DNA of 10,844 nt, taken from Planctomycetota bacterium. Its GTDB lineage: Bacteria > Planctomycetota > GCA-002687715 > DRQF01. Shown here in pieces: positions 5,123 through 10,844 of this stretch (position 1 is its first letter; the number at the start of each line of letters is the position of its first letter). The translations under genes and the position numbers were made by a program. The notes under the pieces were generated by a model that was given only the letters and a program-made list of their open reading frames with translations, was not told where the DNA came from and made no database searches. Location of the stretch: assembly GCA_027001995.1 (NCBI GenBank), contig JALTLO010000166.1, positions 1 to 10,844 on the forward strand, written 5' to 3'.

Positions 5123-7144
5123 GTGAGATTCTCAGCAATCAAACTGGCATTCATTGCCCTGATTTTGACCACCACGGGCACTGTCTATTCCCAAACCACA
5201 ATTCTTGTGACGTCCAATATCGCGACGTCCACAACTTGGACTTCAAACAACATTTACAACCTCCAACAGCAGATCTATGTCTTGCCGGGGGCGACCTTGA
5301 CCATTGAGGCTGGCACGGTCATCGCCAGCTCCACAGGGCTGGGAGGCAGCTTGGCTGTTGCTAATGGCGCTCAAATATTTGTGCAAGGCACTGAACAAAA
5401 CCCAGTGATCATGACATCTCAGGATGACCTCGCGACTTGGGTCGGAGGCGACCCTAAGACGGGTACTTGGCGGGAATCAGCCAATGAATGGGGGAATTTG
5501 ACGCTGATGGGCGACGCCTACGTTTCTGAAAACGCTGTTGGAACGAATATGCCGACGCCGAACGCCTCAAACGTAGCGCCTATGGAAGGTCTTGTTGCTG
5601 ACTTCGTTGGCGATCCTAAGGTCCTCTATGGCGGCGGCAACGACAATGATGACAGTGGTACCATTTCCTACTTATCGCTTCGCTATGGTGGCAAAGTGTT
5701 GGGGCTCAACAATGAGCTCAACGGCTTGTCGCTCGGAGGTATTGGACGCGGCACGGATATCCACCACGTGGAAGTCATGAACAACGTTGACGACGGTTTT
5801 GAGATCTGGGGCGGAACTGTCAACCTCAAGTACTTTTCTATCTGGAATGTCGGAGACGACAGCTTCGATGTCGACCAGGGTTGGCGTGGAAAAGCTCAAT
5901 TCGGTTTCATTGTACAAGGCCACAGTTTGGATGCCTCTCAGGGTTCAGGTGTGGGTGACAATTGTTTCGAAACTGATGGTGCCGAAGACTCAGACTGGCA
6001 GCCAGTGACAACAACATCTATCTACAACTGCACAATCGTTGGTCAGCCAATCGACGGTGACGGCCTGACCGCTTGGCGTGACAACGCTCGCGTTCAATAT
6101 CGCAACTGTGTCTTCATGGACTGCGGTGAGAAGGTTGTTCGATTTGATAATGTGGACGGCGATGGTGCCAACGGTTACGGCCACAACGGCACACTCTCTT
6201 GGGCATCTTGCTGGACCACTCCTTACACTGCAATGTCCGCGATCAATGCACCTACGGTCCCCGCAGATTTCTACCAAACCCAGACATCTGGCAATCTTTG
6301 CGAAATCACAGACAGTGTCTTCTATAATAACTTGTCTTCCTCTGCATATACCGAAGCAGTGGCCAGGGGTGTTTTCGCCCCAGCCAACAACAACGTTATG
6401 GAGCCAGGCAATTCGCCAATCCAGAGTATTACCCGAGGAACGCCAGTCGTGAAGGGCGGCAAGTTGATGGTGCCTGTGACCTTCATCGATCCTCGACCTG
6501 CTAACGACGCACTTGTCAGTGTGGCCACAGCGCCATTCGATGGCTTTTATTCTCCCGTTGCTTACCGGGGCGCGTTTGCCCCTAACAGGAACTGGCTCAG
6601 TGGTTGGTCCGCAGCTTCTGCATTTGGCTTTATTCCCAACGCAAGCAATGGAACGCCCGGGTCTGGTCAAGCAGGTGTGCTTGGCGTGGCCACACTGGAC
6701 ATGAACTCGTCCCGCAACAATAACGGTAGCCTCGTCGGAGACACAGCGGACGCCAATGGACCCCACTACGCGTCTGCACAACCTGGTGAAACACTGACGA
6801 TTAGCTTTACTGCGGAACCATTTGCATTCATTACCTTCATTGGTGGTCCTCTCAATCCTGGTGTCGCCGACTTTACCAGCTTCGGAGTTGGAAGCATGGA
6901 CATCGGTACACCCGACACCACAGGTGATGGTGTTCCTGAAAGTTTGGTCTTGTTGGCAAATGGCCCAAGCCCAGCAACGCTTATCGATTACGCTTTCAAC
7001 ACCGGACTCGACGGGCAAGCGACAATCATTGTTCCAGCTCCCTTTCTACCTTTGGGAACAGACCTGGGTGCCTTCCAAGGTTTGATTTCCAATCCGACTT
7101 TAGGATTGAAACTCACGAACACCGTTCAGCTTTCGATGTTCTAA
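5123..7144 (+). CDS. Secreted parallel beta-helix (pectin-lyase-like fold) protein, ElpS-like, with an extra C-terminal domain
   Basis: GTG 5123 follows GGAG (5113-16). Signal peptide MRFSAIKLAFIALILTTTGTVYS|Q. Family-style motifs: GATLTIEAGTVI, IFVQGTEQNPVIMTS, WGNLTLMGDA, YGGGNDNDDSGTISYLSLRYGG, NELNGLSLGGIGRGTDIHHVEV, DDGFEIWGGTVN, DDSFDVDQGWRG, YRGAF...NWLSGWS. The family assignment is from recalled motifs, not a search. Confidence 0.85.
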   Translation: MRFSAIKLAFIALILTTTGTVYSQTTILVTSNIATSTTWTSNNIYNLQQQIYVLPGATLTIEAGTVIASSTGLGGSLAVANGAQIFVQGTEQNPVIMTSQDDLATWVGGDPKTGTWRESANEWGNLTLMGDAYVSENAVGTNMPTPNASNVAPMEGLVADFVGDPKVLYGGGNDNDDSGTISYLSLRYGGKVLGLNNELNGLSLGGIGRGTDIHHVEVMNNVDDGFEIWGGTVNLKYFSIWNVGDDSFDVDQGWRGKAQFGFIVQGHSLDASQGSGVGDNCFETDGAEDSDWQPVTTTSIYNCTIVGQPIDGDGLTAWRDNARVQYRNCVFMDCGEKVVRFDNVDGDGANGYGHNGTLSWASCWTTPYTAMSAINAPTVPADFYQTQTSGNLCEITDSVFYNNLSSSAYTEAVARGVFAPANNNVMEPGNSPIQSITRGTPVVKGGKLMVPVTFIDPRPANDALVSVATAPFDGFYSPVAYRGAFAPNRNWLSGWSAASAFGFIPNASNGTPGSGQAGVLGVATLDMNSSRNNNGSLVGDTADANGPHYASAQPGETLTISFTAEPFAFITFIGGPLNPGVADFTSFGVGSMDIGTPDTTGDGVPESLVLLANGPSPATLIDYAFNTGLDGQATIIVPAPFLPLGTDLGAFQGLISNPTLGLKLTNTVQLSMF

Positions 7145-7242
7145 CCCGGCTTGTTCATCACTTTGAGCTATTTGTCTTACCGGCAATCCACGTTTCTGAC
7201 GTTGATTGCCATTCTTCGAATCCACACAAAAGGAAATGACCT

Positions 7243-8484
7243 GTGAAGACGACAGGAACCACCGGCCTTCGAATTTTTATAGCGTTAGTGTCAATCGTCG
7301 TCCTGGGTACTAAATGCCAGGATGAGAACGCTCCTCCCAAAGTGCCGTACACCGCGATACATTCGGATGCCCATGAGCCATGCATGCTTGATCTTGCTTT
7401 TGATGCTGCGGCGGCGATGCCAAAAAATCCTCATATTAAGAACAAAGCACGGGCCCAGTCTTCGGTGGTGGATGCTTGCTTGAAAACTAAAGATGCCGCT
7501 CGGGCGCTCCAATTTGCCATGCAGATTCCAAACTGGCGCAAGGGGCTTGGGGTTGCTTCTTATGCCTACTACTGCGCGCAAAAAGGTCAAGAAAAGGAAG
7601 CTGCGCGGGCACTGGAAATTTCCAGGACCACCTTGAAGGCCTTGGCAAACGATGGCAATGAGCAAGAGTGGCGCGGCAAGAAAATCGCGGCTGTCATAGG
7701 TGCAACTGAGGAGGTCCTCGCATTTGGTGTTGGGGCAACAGAAGACTCGGGCCTCTGGACGAATCCAAGGAAAGCCAAGTTTGCTGCATTCGCAGATGGT
7801 TTAGTGAAAGACGAAGATTTTGACCAATTTGCCAAGAGTCTAAGGACAACCTTTGAGTCGGAAGACTTCGCTGCTGTAGAGTTGGCTTTTGAGAGTTGTC
7901 TCTCGGTTTTCCACCGCTACTATCAAGATCACAAGCGGCGAGACTTCTTGGAGCATGTCGTTAAGAAGTCGTACAGCAGGCTACCGCTCACGAAGCGTGT
8001 CGATCTAGTCATTTCTTTGGGCGAAGCGGCGCTTGATCACAAAGACTTCAGCGCAGCGGCAAGATTGGCGGGTTACGCGTTTGAGCTGGTAGCACAGGCC
8101 AAATGGCGGCCTCGCGATGAAATTGCACTGAATGCAAGAATTGCTGCTCTAACTTTTCAGGCGGGGGACACGGATACCGCCCGGGACGAGATAACGGCCG
8201 CTTGCGATCTATACAAAACTTCACGACTTCGCATTGTGTCGGTATTTCGTGGTCAAGCCTTGAGACCGCTGGCTGAGGCCTTTGTCAAGATGAACGACAC
8301 CAAGCAGGCTCTCTATTTCTATTCACAAGCGTTGGATGAGGCATTGATTAACCCAAACTCAAGGCCCCGGGCCCAAGAGTTGGTCGCTATATGCATCTCC
8401 ATGGCGACTCATCACTGTCGATGGAGTGACGAACTCAAAGAAAAGGCTCTTAGAGTAAGAAGTGAACTGGGCGCACCTTGGTAG
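7243..8484 (+). CDS. Exported or membrane-anchored alpha-helical (TPR-like) hypothetical protein, 413 aa
   Basis: Long ORF co-oriented with its neighbours; AGGA lies 8 nt before the GTG. Hydrophobic N-terminus LRIFIALVSIVVLGTKC (atypical lipobox). Ala/Leu-rich helical-repeat pattern (AARALEI, AAARLAGYAFEL, QALYFYSQAL). Confidence 0.8.
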   Translation: MKTTGTTGLRIFIALVSIVVLGTKCQDENAPPKVPYTAIHSDAHEPCMLDLAFDAAAAMPKNPHIKNKARAQSSVVDACLKTKDAARALQFAMQIPNWRKGLGVASYAYYCAQKGQEKEAARALEISRTTLKALANDGNEQEWRGKKIAAVIGATEEVLAFGVGATEDSGLWTNPRKAKFAAFADGLVKDEDFDQFAKSLRTTFESEDFAAVELAFESCLSVFHRYYQDHKRRDFLEHVVKKSYSRLPLTKRVDLVISLGEAALDHKDFSAAARLAGYAFELVAQAKWRPRDEIALNARIAALTFQAGDTDTARDEITAACDLYKTSRLRIVSVFRGQALRPLAEAFVKMNDTKQALYFYSQALDEALINPNSRPRAQELVAICISMATHHCRWSDELKEKALRVRSELGAPW

Positions 8485-8606
8485 TTGCCAATGTGGGATT
8501 TGTGCAAAGATAAACCACCAATCTTGTGTGCAGCCACAGTCGGGTCGAATTGGCCATCATCCTTTTGTCGGGCTCTTTTCTGCTTTCTCTTCTCGTCCCC
8601 CAAGTT

Positions 8607-8643
8607 CCTTCACAATTGGCTCATAAAGTAGGGCTCATACGTT
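8607..8643 (+). promoter_or_regulatory. Pho-box-like 11-bp-spaced direct repeat upstream of the TonB-dependent receptor
   Basis: CCTTCAC AATT GGCTCAT AAAG (TCAC 8610, TCAT 8621), a further GGCTCATA at 8632-8639 and TACGTT at 8638-8643. It shares CTTCACA with the element at 5026-5032. Confidence 0.4.
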
Positions 8644-8710
8644 TGAATTGTGTTGCGCGTGCGACGTCTGCACTTGTCAGCGCCAGGCGCAAAGATGAGG
8701 ACCACCTACC

Positions 8711-10844
8711 TTGGCTTATCAATGCTGGCGACTGCTTTTTGAAAGATTGTTCATACCGGCTCTGACGGTCATCTTTTTGTCTAGCACATCGATGGCGCAA
8801 GAAGAAGTTGGTTCCATTCGGGGTGTGGTGGTGGATGAAGACTTCGAATCACCCATCGCTGGGGCGACTATCGAAATCGCAGAGCTGGCCACAACCGTAG
8901 AGACCCAGGACCAAGGCAACTTTGTCTTCACGGGCGTACCCGTCGGTACATACACTTTGGTGTTCGCGCGGGCGGGATACGTACGTCGGGTCAAGGCCAA
9001 TGTCCTTGTTAACCCAAGCCGTTTAACAGACTTGCGGGTGTCGTTGGCCGGTGAGTACACGGACATGGAGGAGTTTGTCGTTCAAGATATTCTGAACGTA
9101 CGGGCTGCCTCTGAAGCGGGCCTCCTCCAGCTTCGGTTCCATGCGCCGGCGCTCCTAGATTCAATCTCTGCTGACCTCATGAGCCGTGCTGGGGCGAGCG
9201 ATGCTGCTGGAGCACTGCGTTTGGTCTCCGGTGCCACAGTCTCGGAAGGGAATGCTGCCGTAATTCGGGGTCTTCCTGATCGTTACGTTAGTTCGCAAAT
9301 GAACGGCGTTAGATTGCCGTCATCCGACGACAAGAAACGTGCCATCCAGCTTGATCAATTCCCATCGGCAATCATTGAAAGCATTCAAGTGTCGAAGACT
9401 TTTACTCCTGATCAACAAGGCGATGCATCGGGCGGCGCGGTGAATATTCGCCTGAAAGGAATCCCCGACGATCCATTCTTCATGAAGGTGACTGGTCAAT
9501 GGAGTGTCAATTCCCAGGTCGGTTTTCGAAATGACTTCAAAGGTTATAAAGACGGTGGCGTCAATTTCTTTGGCAAAGACGGCGGTGGGCGAGACCAGCA
9601 AACCAATCTCCTGGGAAGCTCTTGGTTGGGAGCTGTTGGGGTGGAAGACGTGGCCGCGCCCATCGATCACAAGTGGCGCCTTAACTTGGGCGGGAACCTT
9701 GATCTCACGGACTCCATTCGCGTCGGCGGTTTCCTAGGTGCGTTTTATGAACGAGACAGTTCTTTTGATGATAACGCCAAGAACAACAGTCTTTGGGTCG
9801 AGTCCCCTGGAGGCCCTCTGACTCCCAGAGCCTTTCAGGGGGCAGTTCAAGACGGCGACTTCAAAACAGGACTCTTTGATGTCACCCGGGCATCTAAACA
9901 GGTGCAGTTAGGGTTCTTGGGTTCCTTTGGCCTTGAAGTGATCGAGAAGCAAAAGATCAATCTGACTTATCTTTTCACCAGAACCACAGATGACGCTGCC
10001 ATCCTAGCCGAGGACACAAGAGGGAAGCAGACGTTCTTCCCAGGTTTTGATCCTAACGATCCTTCTACCCCTGGGCATGGTGAACGTGATGCGGCACCGT
10101 ACCTACGGCTGGAAACCTTGCAATATGTTGAGCGCGAGACCGCGACTTTCCAAATTCAAGGCGAGCACACCATCCCTATTGGCGAGATTGGGTTGGGTGA
10201 CGTATTCACCCTTCAAGAACCAATCGTCGATTGGACGGTGGCATTTAGTCGCGCTTCGCGGGTGGAGCCAGATAAGAGGCAATTCGGATCGGTTTGGTAT
10301 CCAGCCCGAGAGCCGATTCCTGGTTTCGTCATTCCCGCAGAACACCGGCAGTTTAAGCCGGCGGCCAACTTCACCTTAGGCAACTTGCAGCGCATCTATC
10401 GAGAGATTGAGGAATTGAGCGACCAATACTCTGTCAATGTGAAATTTCCTTTTGAGCAGTGGAATAAAGAAGAAGGATTCTTGAAGCTGGGGTATTTCAG
10501 CGATTCTCTCGAACGCAAGTATCGTCAAGATAGCTTCAGTAACTTTTCCGATCCGACGCAGAGCTTTCAGGGGTCATTTGACCAGTTTTGGAGCGGTGTT
10601 TTTCCTGACGAGAATCACCCGATTACAGCTTCTGATTTCGACGTGGATTATGATGGCACCCAAGATATTCGGGCATCCTATGCCATGTTGAGCCTTCCCA
10701 TAACTGAGCAATTCAAGATAATTGGCGGCCTGCGACTTGAGTCGACAAAGTTGGGGATAACGAATAATCCCGACGCGGATGCCACATGGTTTCCGCCGGG
10801 TTCATTAGCCCCGACGGCACTCGATGCCGTCGGGGCTAATGAAC
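8711..10844 (+). CDS. TonB-dependent receptor with N-terminal carboxypeptidase-regulatory-like domain and plug; 3' end outside window (at least 711 aa)
   Basis: Manual translation from TTG 8711 (GAGGA 9 nt upstream, in-frame TGA at 8696). Signal peptide ...FIPALTVIFLSSTSMA|QEEV. N-domain GSIRGVVVDEDFESPIAGATI...GNFVFTGVPVGTYTLVF. Plug DSISADLMSRAGASDAAGALRLVSGATV...IRGLPDRY...QLDQFPSAIIESIQVSKTFTPDQQGDASGGAVNI. Barrel-type strands such as FKIIGGLRLE follow. The frame is open to the window end. Confidence 0.95.
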   Translation, partial: MAYQCWRLLFERLFIPALTVIFLSSTSMAQEEVGSIRGVVVDEDFESPIAGATIEIAELATTVETQDQGNFVFTGVPVGTYTLVFARAGYVRRVKANVLVNPSRLTDLRVSLAGEYTDMEEFVVQDILNVRAASEAGLLQLRFHAPALLDSISADLMSRAGASDAAGALRLVSGATVSEGNAAVIRGLPDRYVSSQMNGVRLPSSDDKKRAIQLDQFPSAIIESIQVSKTFTPDQQGDASGGAVNIRLKGIPDDPFFMKVTGQWSVNSQVGFRNDFKGYKDGGVNFFGKDGGGRDQQTNLLGSSWLGAVGVEDVAAPIDHKWRLNLGGNLDLTDSIRVGGFLGAFYERDSSFDDNAKNNSLWVESPGGPLTPRAFQGAVQDGDFKTGLFDVTRASKQVQLGFLGSFGLEVIEKQKINLTYLFTRTTDDAAILAEDTRGKQTFFPGFDPNDPSTPGHGERDAAPYLRLETLQYVERETATFQIQGEHTIPIGEIGLGDVFTLQEPIVDWTVAFSRASRVEPDKRQFGSVWYPAREPIPGFVIPAEHRQFKPAANFTLGNLQRIYREIEELSDQYSVNVKFPFEQWNKEEGFLKLGYFSDSLERKYRQDSFSNFSDPTQSFQGSFDQFWSGVFPDENHPITASDFDVDYDGTQDIRASYAMLSLPITEQFKIIGGLRLESTKLGITNNPDADATWFPPGSLAPTALDAVGANE

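Noticed and set aside
5990..7018. 342-aa minus-strand ORF and other antisense ORFs inside the large genes
   Set aside because: They are antisense shadows of well-supported genes and show no protein-family motifs.
7243..8484. SusD/RagB annotation
   Set aside because: No recognisable SusD motifs, the gene lies upstream of the receptor, and the receptor plug lacks the SusC-type signature (KDASA.AIYG.R).

Overview
Bacterial window; the style of the secreted proteins suggests an uncultured Planctomycetota-like organism (inference). It has three blocks. (1) Two divergent, paralogous GT4 glycosyltransferases. The minus-strand one (ATG 2209) is missing from the ORF track because it has no stop in the window: the GT domain reads in frame into about 317 further residues, including a long Arg/Asp/Pro (RDDRPR)n tract, and runs off the left edge. 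The 195-bp spacer holds a good sigma70-like promoter and a roughly 90-nt imperfect hairpin. (2) A decaying ParD/ParE type II toxin-antitoxin module: the antitoxin has an internal TAA, and the toxin ORF is open but has Asp at two usually-Tyr positions. (3) A plus-strand envelope cluster: a secreted beta-helix protein (ElpS-like) with a distinct C-terminal domain, an uncharacterised alpha-helical exported protein, and a TonB-dependent receptor (8711 to beyond 10844, also missing from the ORF track). Pho-box-like 11-bp-spaced repeats lie upstream of the first and last genes. No RNA gene, CRISPR array or transposase is supported.
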